Source: Eledone cirrhosa (taxonomy: Eukaryota). Taken from it: a stretch of 64,000 bases of DNA. Positions within the stretch are counted from its first letter, which is position 1; each line of letters opens with the position of its first letter. The notes under the pieces were generated by a model. That model was not told the origin of the DNA. It made no database searches and saw nothing but the letters and a program-made list of their open reading frames with translations. Location of the stretch: contig OZ024740.1 in NCBI GenBank assembly GCA_964016885.1, forward strand, positions 33,666,001-33,730,000, written 5' to 3'. The position numbers and the translations under genes were made by a program. Shown here one piece after another: positions 46,301 to 60,306 of the stretch.

Positions 46301-49300
46301 CCAACTCTCTCTTACCAATAACCCTCTTTACTGCTATCTTCTAACTCTCTCTTACCATCAACCATCTTTACTGCTATCTTCCAACTCTCTCTTACCAATA
46401 ACCCTCTTTACTGCTATCTTCTAACTCTCTCTTACCATCAACCATCTTTACTGCTATCTTCCAACTCTCTCTTACCATCAACTATCTTTACTGCTATCTT
46501 CCAACTCTCTCTTACCATCAACCATCTTTACTGCTAACTTCCAACTCTCTCTTACCAATAACCATCTTTACTGCTATCTTCCAACTCTCTCTTACCATCA
46601 ACCATCTTTACTGCTATCTTCCAACTCTCTCTTACCATCAACCATCTTTACTGCTATCTTCCAACTCTCTCTTACCATCAACCATCTTTACTGCTATCTT
46701 CCAACTCTCTCTTACCATCAACCATCTTTACTGCTATCTTCCAACTCTCTCTTACCAATAACCCTCTTTACTGCTATCTTCTAACTCTCTCTTACCATCA
46801 ACCATCTTTACTGCTATCTTCCAACTCTCTCTTACCATCAATCATCTTTACTGCTATCTTCCAACTCTCTCTTACCGTCAACCATCTTTACTGCTACCTT
46901 CCAACTCTCACTTACCATCAACCATCTTTACTGCTATCTTCCAACTCTCTCTTACCATCAACCATCTTTACTGCTATCTTCCAACTCTCTCTTACCATCA
47001 ACCATCTTTACTGCTATCTTCCAACTCTCTCTTACCATCAACCATCTTTACTGCTATCTTCCAACTCTCTCTTACCATCAACCATCTTTACTGCTATCTT
47101 CCAACTCTCTCTTACCAATAACCCTCTTTACTGCTATCTTCTAACTCTCTCTTACCATCAACCATCTTTACTGCTATCTTCCAACTCTCTCTTACCAATA
47201 ACCCTCTTTACTGCTATCTTCTAACTCTCTCTTACCATCAACCATCTTTACTGCTATCTTCCAACTCTCTCTTACCATCAACCATCTTTACTGCTATCTT
47301 CCAACTCTCTCTTACCATCAACCATCTTTACTGCTATCTTCCAACTCTCTCTTACCATCAACCATCTTTACTGCTATCTTCCAACTCTCTCTTACCATCA
47401 ATCATCTTTACTGCTATCTTCCAACTCTCTCTTACCGTCAACCATCTTTACTGCTACCTTCCAACTCTCACTTACCATCAACCATCTTTACTGCTATCTT
47501 CCAACTCTCTCTTACCATCAACCATCTTTACTGCTATCTTCCAACTCTCTCTTACCATCAACCATCTTTACTGCTATCTTCCAACTCTCTCTTACCATCA
47601 ACCATCTTTACTGCTATCTTCCAACTCTCTCTTACCATCAACCATCTTTACTGCTATCTTCCAACTCTCTCTTACCAATAACCCTCTTTACTGCTATCTT
47701 CTAACTCTCTCTTACCATCAACCATCTTTACTGCTATCTTCCAACTCTCTCTTACCAATAACCCTCTTTACTGCTATCTTCTAACTCTCTCTTACCATCA
47801 ACCATCTTTACTGCTATCTTCCAACTCTCTCTTACCATCAACCATCTTTACTGCTATCTTCCAACTCTCTCTTACCAATAACCCTCTTTACTGCTATCTT
47901 CTAACTCTCTCTTACCATCAACCATCTTTACTGCTATCTTCCAACTCTCTCTTACCAATAACCCTCTTTACTGCTATCTTCTAACTCTCTCTTACCATCA
48001 ACCATCTTTACTGCTATCTTCCAACTCTCTCTTACCATCAACCATCTTTACTGCTATCTTCCAACTCTCTCTTACCAATAACCCTCTTTACTGCTATCTT
48101 CTAACTCTCTCTTACCATCAACCATCTTTACTGCTATCTTCCAACTCTCTCTTACCAATAACCCTCTTTACTGCTATCTTCTAACTCTCTCTTACCATCA
48201 ACCATCTTTACTGCTATCTTCCAACTCTCTCTTACCATCAACCATCTTTACTGCTATCTTCCAACTCTCTCTTACCATCAACCATCTTTACTGCTATCTT
48301 CCAACTCTCTCTTACCATCAACCATCTTTACTGCTATCTTCCAACTCTCTCTTACCATCAATCATCTTTACTGCTATCTTCCAACTCTCTCTTACCGTCA
48401 ACCATCTTTACTGCTACCTTCCAACTCTCACTTACCATCAACCATCTTTACTGCTATCTTCCAACTCTCTCTTACCATCAACCATCTTTACTGCTATCTT
48501 CCAACTCTCTCTTACCATCAACCATCTTTACTGCTATCTTCCAACTCTCTCTTACCATCAACCATCTTTACTGCTATCTTCCAACTCTCTCTTACCATCA
48601 ACCATCTTTACTGCTATCTTCCAACTCTCTCTTACCAATAACCCTCTTTACTGCTATCTTCTAACTCTCTCTTACCATCAACCATCTTTACTGCTATCTT
48701 CCAACTCTCTCTTACCAATAACCCTCTTTACTGCTATCTTCTAACTCTCTCTTACCATCAACCATCTTTACTGCTATCTTCCAACTCTCTCTTACCATCA
48801 ACCATCTTTACTGCTATCTTCCAACTCTCTCTTACCAATAACCCTCTTTACTGCTATCTTCTAACTCTCTCTTACCATCAACCATCTTTACTGCTATCTT
48901 CCAACTCTCTCTTACCAATAACCCTCTTTACTGCTATCTTCTAACTCTCTCTTACCATCAACCATCTTTACTGCTATCTTCCAACTCTCTCTTACCATCA
49001 ACCATCTTTACTGCTATCTTCCAACTCTCTCTTACCAATAACCCTCTTTACTGCTATCTTCTAACTCTCTCTTACCATCAACCATCTTTACTGCTATCTT
49101 CCAACTCTCTCTTACCAATAACCCTCTTTACTGCTATCTTCTAACTCTCTCTTACCATCAACCATCTTTACTGCTATCTTCCAACTCTCTCTTACCATCA
49201 ACCATCTTTACTGCTATCTTCCAACTCTCTCTTACCAATAACCCTCTTTACTGCTATCTTCTAACTCTCTCTTACCATCAACCATCTTTACTGCTATCTT

Positions 49301-52300
49301 CCAACTCTCTCTTACCAATAACCCTCTTTACTGCTACCTTCCAACTCTCACTTACCATCAACCATCTTTACTGCTATCTTCCAACTCTCTCTTACCATCA
49401 ACCATCTTTACTGCTATCTTCCAACTCTCTCTTACCAATAACCCTCTTTACTGCTACCTTCCAACTCTCACTTACCATCAACCATCTTTACTGCTATCTT
49501 CCAACTCTCTCTTACCATCAACCATCTTTACTGCTATCTTCTAACTCTCTCTTACCATCAACCATCTTTACTGCTATCTTCCAACTCTCTCTTACCATCA
49601 ACCATCTTTACTGCTATCTTCCAACTCTCTCTTACCATCAATCATCTTTACTGCTATCTTCCAACTCTCTCTTACCGTCAACCATCTTTACTGCTACCTT
49701 CCAACTCTCACTTACCATCAACCATCTTTACTGCTATCTTCCAACTCTCTCTTACCATCAACCATCTTTACTGCTATCTTCCAACTCTCTCTTACCATCA
49801 ACCATCTTTACTGCTATCTTCCAACTCTCTCTTACCATCAACCATCTTTACTGCTATCTTCCAACTCTCTCTTACCATCAACCATCTTTACTGCTATCTT
49901 CCAACTCTCTCTTACCAATAACCCTCTTTACTGCTATCTTCTAACTCTCTCTTACCATCAACCATCTTTACTGCTATCTTCCAACTCTCTCTTACCAATA
50001 ACCCTCTTTACTGCTATCTTCTAACTCTCTCTTACCATCAACCATCTTTACTGCTATCTTCCAACTCTCTCTTACCAATAACCCTCTTTACTGCTACCTT
50101 CCAACTCTCACTTACCATCAACCATCTTTACTGCTATCTTCCAACTCTCTCTAACCATCAACCATCTTTACTGCTATCTTCCAACTCTCACTTACCATCA
50201 ACCATCTTTACTGCTATCTTCCAACTCTCTCTTACCATCAACCATCTTTACTGCTATCTTCCAACTCTCTCTTACCATCAACCATCTTTACTGCTATCTT
50301 CCAACTCTCACTTACCATCAACCATCTTTACTGCTATCTTCCAACTCTCTCTTACCAATAACCATCTTTACTGCTATCTTCCAACTCTCTCTTACCAATA
50401 ACCCTCTTTACTGCTACCTTCCAACTCTCACTTACCATCAACCATCTTTACTGCTATCTTCCAACTCTCTCTTACCAATAACCCTCTTTACTGCTATCTT
50501 CCAACTCTCTCTTACCATCAACCATCTTTACTGCTATCTTCCAACTCTCTCTTACCATCAATCATCTTTACTGCTATCTTCCAACTCTCTCTTACCGTCA
50601 ACCATCTTTACTGCTACCTTCCAACTCTCACTTACCATCAACCATCTTTACTGCTATCTTCCAACTCTCTCTTACCATCAACCATCTTTACTGCTATCTT
50701 CCAACTCTCTCTTACCATCAACCATCTTTACTGCTATCTTCCAACTCTCTCTTACCATCAACCATCTTTACTGCTATCTTCCAACTCTCTCTTACCATCA
50801 ACCATCTTTACTGCTATCTTCCAACTCTCTCTTACCAATAACCCTCTTTACTGCTATCTTCTAACTCTCTCTTACCATCAACCATCTTTACTGCTATCTT
50901 CCAACTCTCTCTTACCAATAACCCTCTTTACTGCTATCTTCTAACTCTCTCTTACCATCAACCATCTTTACTGCTATCTTCCAACTCTCTCTTACCATCA
51001 ATCATCTTTACTGCTATCTTCCAACTCTCTCTTACCGTCAACCATCTTTACTGCTACCTTCCAACTCTCACTTACCATCAACCATCTTTACTGCTATCTT
51101 CCAACTCTCTCTTACCATCAACCATCTTTACTGCTATCTTCCAACTCTCTCTTACCATCAACCATCTTTACTGCTATCTTCCAACTCTCTCTTACCATCA
51201 ACCATCTTTACTGCTATCTTCCAACTCTCTCTTACCATCAACCATCTTTACTGCTATCTTCCAACTCTCTCTTACCAATAACCCTCTTTACTGCTATCTT
51301 CTAACTCTCTCTTACCATCAACCATCTTTACTGCTATCTTCCAACTCTCTCTTACCAATAACCCTCTTTACTGCTATCTTCTAACTCTCTCTTACCATCA
51401 ACCATCTTTACTGCTATCTTCCAACTCTCTCTTACCATCAACCATCTTTACTGCTATCTTCCAACTCTCTCTTACCATCAACCATCTTTACTGCTATCTT
51501 CCAACTCTCTCTTACCATCAACCATCTTTACTGCTATCTTCCAACTCTCTCTTACCATCAATCATCTTTACTGCTATCTTCCAACTCTCTCTTACCGTCA
51601 ACCATCTTTACTGCTACCTTCCAACTCTCACTTACCATCAACCATCTTTACTGCTATCTTCCAACTCTCTCTTACCATCAACCATCTTTACTGCTATCTT
51701 CCAACTCTCTCTTACCATCAACCATCTTTACTGCTACCTTCCAACTCTCTCTTACCATCAACCATCTTTACTGCTATCTTCCAACTCTCTCTTACCATCA
51801 ACCATCTTTTCTGCTACCTTCCAACTCTCTCTCTTACCATCAACCATCTTTACTGCTATCTTCCCACTCTCTCTTACCATCAACCATCTTTACTGCTATC
51901 TTCTAACTCTCTCTTACCATCAACCATCTTTACTGCTATCTTCCAACTCTCTCTTACCATCAATCATCTTTACTGCTATCTTCCAACTCTCTCTTACCGT
52001 CAACCATCTTTACTGCTACCTTCCAACTCTCACTTACCATCAACCATCTTTACTGCTATCTTCCAACTCTCTCTTACCATCAACCATCTTTACTGCTATC
52101 TTCTAACTCTCTCTTACCATCAACCATCTTTACTGCTACCTTCCAACTCTCTCTTACCATCAACCATCTTTACTGCTATCTTCTAACTCTCTCTTACCAT
52201 CAACCATCTTTACTGCTATCTTCTAACTCTCTCTTACCATCAACCATCTTTACTGCTATCTTCTAACTGTCTCTTACCATCAACCATCTTTACTGCTACC

Positions 52301-55300
52301 TTCCAACTCTCTCTTACCAATAACCATCTTTACTGCTATCTTCTAACTCTCTCTCTTACCATCAACCATCTTTACTGCTATCTTCCAACTCTCTCTTACC
52401 ATCAACCATCTTTACTGCTATCTTCCAACTCTCTCTTACCATCAACCATCTTTACTGCTATCTTCCAACTCTCTCTTACCATCAACCATCTTTACTGCTA
52501 TCTTCCAACTCTCTCTTACCATCAACCATCTTTACTGCTATCTTCCAACTCTCTCTTACCAATAACCCTCTTTACTGCTATCTTCTAACTCTCTCTTACC
52601 ATCAACCATCTTTACTGCTATCTTCCAACTCTCTCTTACCAATAACCCTCTTTACTGCTATCTTCTAACTCTCTCTTACCATCAACCATCTTTACTGCTA
52701 TCTTCCAACTCTCTCTTACCATCAATCATCTTTACTGCTATCTTCCAACTCTCTCTTACCGTCAACCATCTTTACTGCTACCTTCCAACTCTCACTTACC
52801 ATCAACCATCTTTACTGCTATCTTCCAACTCTCTCTTACCATCAACCATCTTTACTGCTATCTTCCAACTCTCTCTTACCATCAACCATCTTTACTGCTA
52901 TCTTCCAACTCTCTCTTACCATCAACCATCTTTACTGCTATCTTCCAACTCTCTCTTACCATCAACCATCTTTACTGCTATCTTCCAACTCTCTCTTACC
53001 AATAACCCTCTTTACTGCTATCTTCCAACTCTCTCTTACCATCAACCATCTTTACTGCTATCTTCCAACTCTCTCTTACCATCAACCATCTTTACTGCTA
53101 TCTTCCAACTCTCTCTTACCATCAACCATCTTTACTGCTATCTTCCAACTCTCTCTTACCATCAATCATCTTTACTGCTATCTTCCAACTCTCTCTTACC
53201 GTCAACCATCTTTACTGCTACCTTCCAACTCTCACTTACCATCAACCATCTTTACTGCTATCTTCCAACTCTCTCTTACCATCAACCATCTTTACTGCTA
53301 TCTTCCAACTCTCTCTTACCATCAACCATCTTTACTGCTATCTTCCAACTCTCTCTTACCATCAACCATCTTTACTGCTATCTTCCAACTCTCTCTTACC
53401 ATCAACCATCTTTACTGCTATCTTCCAACTCTCTCTTACCAATAACCCTCTTTACTGCTATCTTCTAACTCTCTCTTACCATCAACCATCTTTACTGCTA
53501 TCTTCCAACTCTCTCTTACCAATAACCCTCTTTACTGCTATCTTCTAACTCTCTCTTACCATCAACCATCTTTACTGCTATCTTCCAACTCTCTCTTACC
53601 ATCAATCATCTTTACTGCTATCTTCCAACTCTCTCTTACCGTCAACCATCTTTACTGCTACCTTCCAACTCTCACTTACCATCAACCATCTTTACTGCTA
53701 TCTTCCAACTCTCTCTTACCATCAACCATCTTTACTGCTATCTTCCAACTCTCTCTTACCATCAACCATCTTTACTGCTATCTTCCAACTCTCTCTTACC
53801 ATCAACCATCTTTACTGCTATCTTCCAACTCTCTCTTACCATCAACCATCTTTACTGCTATCTTCCAACTCTCTCTTACCAATAACCCTCTTTACTGCTA
53901 TCTTCTAACTCTCTCTTACCATCAACCATCTTTACTGCTATCTTCCAACTCTCTCTTACCAATAACCCTCTTTACTGCTATCTTCTAACTCTCTCTTACC
54001 ATCAACCATCTTTACTGCTATCTTCCAACTCTCTCTTACCATCAACCATCTTTACTGCTATCTTCCAACTCTCTCTTACCATCAACCATCTTTACTGCTA
54101 TCTTCCAACTCTCTCTTACCATCAACCATCTTTACTGCTATCTTCCAACTCTCTCTTACCATCAATCATCTTTACTGCTATCTTCCAACTCTCTCTTACC
54201 GTCAACCATCTTTACTGCTACCTTCCAACTCTCACTTACCATCAACCATCTTTACTGCTATCTTCCAACTCTCTCTTACCATCAACCATCTTTACTGCTA
54301 TCTTCCAACTCTCTCTTACCATCAACCATCTTTACTGCTATCTTCCAACTCTCTCTTACCATCAACCATCTTTACTGCTATCTTCCAACTCTCTCTTACC
54401 ATCAACCATCTTTACTGCTATCTTCCAACTCTCTCTTACCAATAACCCTCTTTACTGCTATCTTCTAACTCTCTCTTACCATCAACCATCTTTACTGCTA
54501 TCTTCCAACTCTCTCTTACCAATAACCCTCTTTACTGCTATCTTCTAACTCTCTCTTACCATCAACCATCTTTACTGCTATCTTCCAACTCTCTCTTACC
54601 ATCAACCATCTTTACTGCTATCTTCCAACTCTCTCTTACCAATAACCCTCTTTACTGCTATCTTCTAACTCTCTCTTACCATCAACCATCTTTACTGCTA
54701 TCTTCCAACTCTCTCTTACCAATAACCCTCTTTACTGCTATCTTCTAACTCTCTCTTACCATCAACCATCTTTACTGCTATCTTCCAACTCTCTCTTACC
54801 AATAACCCTCTTTACTGCTACCTTCCAACTCTCACTTACCATCAACCATCTTTACTGCTATCTTCCAACTCTCTCTTACCATCAACCATCTTTACTGCTA
54901 TCTTCCAACTCTCTCTTACCAATAACCCTCTTTACTGCTATCTTCTAACTCTCTCTTACCATCAACCATCTTTACTGCTATCTTCCAACTCTCTCTTACC
55001 ATCAACCATCTTTACTGCTATCTTCCAACTCTCTCTTACCATCAATCATCTTTACTGCTATCTTCCAACTCTCTCTTACCGTCAACCATCTTTACTGCTA
55101 CCTTCCAACTCTCACTTACCATCAACCATCTTTACTGCTATCTTCCAACTCTCTCTTACCATCAACCATCTTTACTGCTATCTTCCAACTCTCTCTTACC
55201 ATCAACCATCTTTACTGCTATCTTCCAACTCTCTCTTACCATCAACCATCTTTACTGCTATCTTCCAACTCTCTCTTACCATCAACCATCTTTACTGCTA

Positions 55301-58300
55301 TCTTCCAACTCTCTCTTACCAATAACCCTCTTTACTGCTATCTTCTAACTCTCTCTTACCATCAACCATCTTTACTGCTATCTTCCAACTCTCTCTTACC
55401 AATAACCCTCTTTACTGCTATCTTCTAACTCTCTCTTACCATCAACCATCTTTACTGCTATCTTCCAACTCTCTCTTACCATCAACTATCTTTACTGCTA
55501 TCTTCCAACTCTCTCTTACCATCAACCATCTTTACTGCTAACTTCCAACTCTCTCTTACCAATAACCATCTTTACTGCTATCTTCCAACTCTCTCTTACC
55601 ATCAACCATCTTTACTGCTATCTTCCAACTCTCTCTTACCATCAACCATCTTTACTGCTATCTTCCAACTCTCTCTTACCATCAACCATCTTTACTGCTA
55701 TCTTCCAACTCTCTCTTACCATCAACCATCTTTACTGCTATCTTCCAACTCTCTCTTACCAATAACCCTCTTTACTGCTATCTTCTAACTCTCTCTTACC
55801 ATCAACCATCTTTACTGCTATCTTCCAACTCTCTCTTACCATCAATCATCTTTACTGCTATCTTCCAACTCTCTCTTACCGTCAACCATCTTTACTGCTA
55901 CCTTCCAACTCTCACTTACCATCAACCATCTTTACTGCTATCTTCCAACTCTCTCTTACCATCAACCATCTTTACTGCTATCTTCCAACTCTCTCTTACC
56001 ATCAACCATCTTTACTGCTATCTTCCAACTCTCTCTTACCATCAACCATCTTTACTGCTATCTTCCAACTCTCTCTTACCATCAACCATCTTTACTGCTA
56101 TCTTCCAACTCTCTCTTACCATCAACCATCTTTACTGCTATCTTCCAACTCTCTCTTACCATCAACCATCTTTACTGCTATCTTCCAACTCTCTCTTACC
56201 ATCAATCATCTTTACTGCTATCTTCCAACTCTCTCTTACCGTCAACCATCTTTACTGCTACCTTCCAACTCTCACTTACCATCAACCATCTTTACTGCTA
56301 TCTTCCAACTCTCTCTTACCATCAACCATCTTTACTGCTATCTTCCAACTCTCTCTTACCATCAACCATCTTTACTGCTATCTTCCAACTCTCTCTTACC
56401 ATCAACCATCTTTACTGCTATCTTCCAACTCTCTCTTACCATCAACCATCTTTACTGCTATCTTCCAACTCTCTCTTACCAATAACCCTCTTTACTGCTA
56501 TCTTCTAACTCTCTCTTACCATCAACCATCTTTACTGCTATCTTCCAACTCTCTCTTACCAATAACCCTCTTTACTGCTATCTTCTAACTCTCTCTTACC
56601 ATCAACCATCTTTACTGCTATCTTCCAACTCTCTCTTACCATCAACCATCTTTACTGCTATCTTCCAACTCTCTCTTACCAATAACCCTCTTTACTGCTA
56701 TCTTCTAACTCTCTCTTACCATCAACCATCTTTACTGCTATCTTCCAACTCTCTCTTACCAATAACCCTCTTTACTGCTATCTTCTAACTCTCTCTTACC
56801 ATCAACCATCTTTACTGCTATCTTCCAACTCTCTCTTACCATCAACCATCTTTACTGCTATCTTCCAACTCTCTCTTACCAATAACCCTCTTTACTGCTA
56901 TCTTCTAACTCTCTCTTACCATCAACCATCTTTACTGCTATCTTCCAACTCTCTCTTACCAATAACCCTCTTTACTGCTATCTTCTAACTCTCTCTTACC
57001 ATCAACCATCTTTACTGCTATCTTCCAACTCTCTCTTACCATCAACCATCTTTACTGCTATCTTCCAACTCTCTCTTACCATCAACCATCTTTACTGCTA
57101 TCTTCCAACTCTCTCTTACCATCAACCATCTTTACTGCTATCTTCCAACTCTCTCTTACCATCAATCATCTTTACTGCTATCTTCCAACTCTCTCTTACC
57201 GTCAACCATCTTTACTGCTACCTTCCAACTCTCACTTACCATCAACCATCTTTACTGCTATCTTCCAACTCTCTCTTACCATCAACCATCTTTACTGCTA
57301 TCTTCCAACTCTCTCTTACCATCAACCATCTTTACTGCTATCTTCCAACTCTCTCTTACCATCAACCATCTTTACTGCTATCTTCCAACTCTCTCTTACC
57401 ATCAACCATCTTTACTGCTATCTTCCAACTCTCTCTTACCAATAACCCTCTTTACTGCTATCTTCTAACTCTCTCTTACCATCAACCATCTTTACTGCTA
57501 TCTTCCAACTCTCTCTTACCAATAACCCTCTTTACTGCTATCTTCTAACTCTCTCTTACCATCAACCATCTTTACTGCTATCTTCCAACTCTCTCTTACC
57601 ATCAACCATCTTTACTGCTATCTTCCAACTCTCTCTTACCAATAACCCTCTTTACTGCTATCTTCTAACTCTCTCTTACCATCAACCATCTTTACTGCTA
57701 TCTTCCAACTCTCTCTTACCAATAACCCTCTTTACTGCTATCTTCTAACTCTCTCTTACCATCAACCATCTTTACTGCTATCTTCCAACTCTCTCTTACC
57801 ATCAACCATCTTTACTGCTATCTTCCAACTCTCTCTTACCAATAACCCTCTTTACTGCTATCTTCTAACTCTCTCTTACCATCAACCATCTTTACTGCTA
57901 TCTTCCAACTCTCTCTTACCAATAACCCTCTTTACTGCTATCTTCTAACTCTCTCTTACCATCAACCATCTTTACTGCTATCTTCCAACTCTCTCTTACC
58001 ATCAACCATCTTTACTGCTATCTTCCAACTCTCTCTTACCAATAACCCTCTTTACTGCTATCTTCTAACTCTCTCTTACCATCAACCATCTTTACTGCTA
58101 TCTTCCAACTCTCTCTTACCAATAACCCTCTTTACTGCTACCTTCCAACTCTCACTTACCATCAACCATCTTTACTGCTATCTTCCAACTCTCTCTTACC
58201 ATCAACCATCTTTACTGCTATCTTCCAACTCTCTCTTACCAATAACCCTCTTTACTGCTACCTTCCAACTCTCACTTACCATCAACCATCTTTACTGCTA

Positions 58301-58950
58301 TCTTCCAACTCTCTCTTACCATCAACCATCTTTACTGCTATCTTCTAACTCTCTCTTACCATCAACCATCTTTACTGCTATCTTCCAACTCTCTCTTACC
58401 ATCAACCATCTTTACTGCTATCTTCCAACTCTCTCTTACCATCAATCATCTTTACTGCTATCTTCCAACTCTCTCTTACCGTCAACCATCTTTACTGCTA
58501 CCTTCCAACTCTCACTTACCATCAACCATCTTTACTGCTATCTTCCAACTCTCTCTTACCATCAACCATCTTTACTGCTATCTTCCAACTCTCTCTTACC
58601 ATCAACCATCTTTACTGCTATCTTCCAACTCTCTCTTACCATCAACCATCTTTACTGCTATCTTCCAACTCTCTCTTACCATCAACCATCTTTACTGCTA
58701 TCTTCCAACTCTCTCTTACCAATAACCCTCTTTACTGCTATCTTCTAACTCTCTCTTACCATCAACCATCTTTACTGCTATCTTCCAACTCTCTCTTACC
58801 AATAACCCTCTTTACTGCTATCTTCTAACTCTCTCTTACCATCAACCATCTTTACTGCTATCTTCCAACTCTCTCTTACCAATAACCCTCTTTACTGCTA
58901 CCTTCCAACTCTCACTTACCATCAACCATCTTTACTGCTATCTTCCAACT
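43360..58950 (+). repeat. Large direct duplication ~43360-50150 versus ~52364-58950 (offset 9004, then 8804 after a 200-bp indel)
   Basis: Offset 9004: GTCAAC G at 43757/52761 and 46877/55881, CAACTATC T at 46483/55487. Offset 8804: 47437/56241, 48397/57201 and 49677/58481. Confidence 0.8.
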
Positions 58951-60306
58951 CTCTCTTACCAATAACCCTCTTTACTGCTATCTTCTAACTCTCTCTTACC
59001 ATCAACCATCTTTACTGCTATCTTCCAACTCTCTCTTACCATCAACCATCTTTACTGCTACCTTCCAACTCTCACTTACCATCAACCATCTTTACTGCTA
59101 TCTTCCAACTCTCTCTTACCAATAACCCTCTTTACTGCTACCTTCCAACTCTCACTTACCATCAACCATCTTTACTGCTATCTTCCAACTCTCACTTACC
59201 AATAACCCTCTTTACTGCTATCTTCTAACTCTCTCTTACCAATAACCCTCTTTACTGCTATCTTCCAACTCTCTCTTACCAATAACCCTCTTTACTGCTA
59301 TCTTCTAACTCTCTCTTACCATCAACCATCTTTACTGCTATCTTCCAACTCTCTCTTACCATCAACCATCTTTACTGCTATCTTCCAACTCTCTCTTACC
59401 ATCAACCCTCTTTACTGCTATCTTCTAACTCTCTCTTACCATCAACCATCTTTACTGCTATCTTCCAACTCTCTCTTACCAATAACCCTCTTTACTGCTA
59501 TCTTCTAACTCTCTCTTATCCTTCAAACATCTTTACTGCTATCTTCCAACTCTCTCTCTTACCATCAACCATCTTTACTGCTATCTTCCAACTCTCTCTT
59601 ACCAATAACCCTCTTTACTGCTATCTTCCAACTCTCTCTCTTACCATCAACCATCTTTACTGCTATCTTCCAACTCTCTCTCTTACCATCAACCATCTTT
59701 ACTGCTATCTTCCAACTCTCTCTTACCAATAACCCTCTTTACTGCTATCTTCCAACTCTCTCTTACCAATAACCCTCTTTACTGCTATCTTCTAACTCTC
59801 TCTTACCATCAAACATCTTTACTGCTACCTTCCAACTCTCACTTACCATCAACCATCTTTACTGCTATCTTCCAACTCTCTCTTACCAATAACCCTCTTT
59901 ACTGCTACCTTCCAACTCTCACTTACCATCAACCATCTTTACTGCTATCTTCCAACTCTCTCTTACCAATAACCCTCTTTACTGCTACCTTCCAACTCTC
60001 TCTTACCATCAACCATCTTTACTGCTATCTTCCAACTCTCTCTTACCAATAACCCTCTTTACTGCTACCTTCCAACTCTCACTTACCATCAACCATCTTT
60101 ACTGCTATCTTCCAACTCTCTCTTACCAATAACCCTCTTTACTGCTACCTTCCAACTCTCACTTACCATCAACCATCTTTACTGCTATCTTCCAACTCTC
60201 TCTTACCATCAACCATCTTTACTGCCATCTTCCAACTCTCTCTTACCATCAACCATCTTTACTGCTATCTTCCAACTCTCTCTTACCATCTTTACTGCTA
60301 TCTTCT

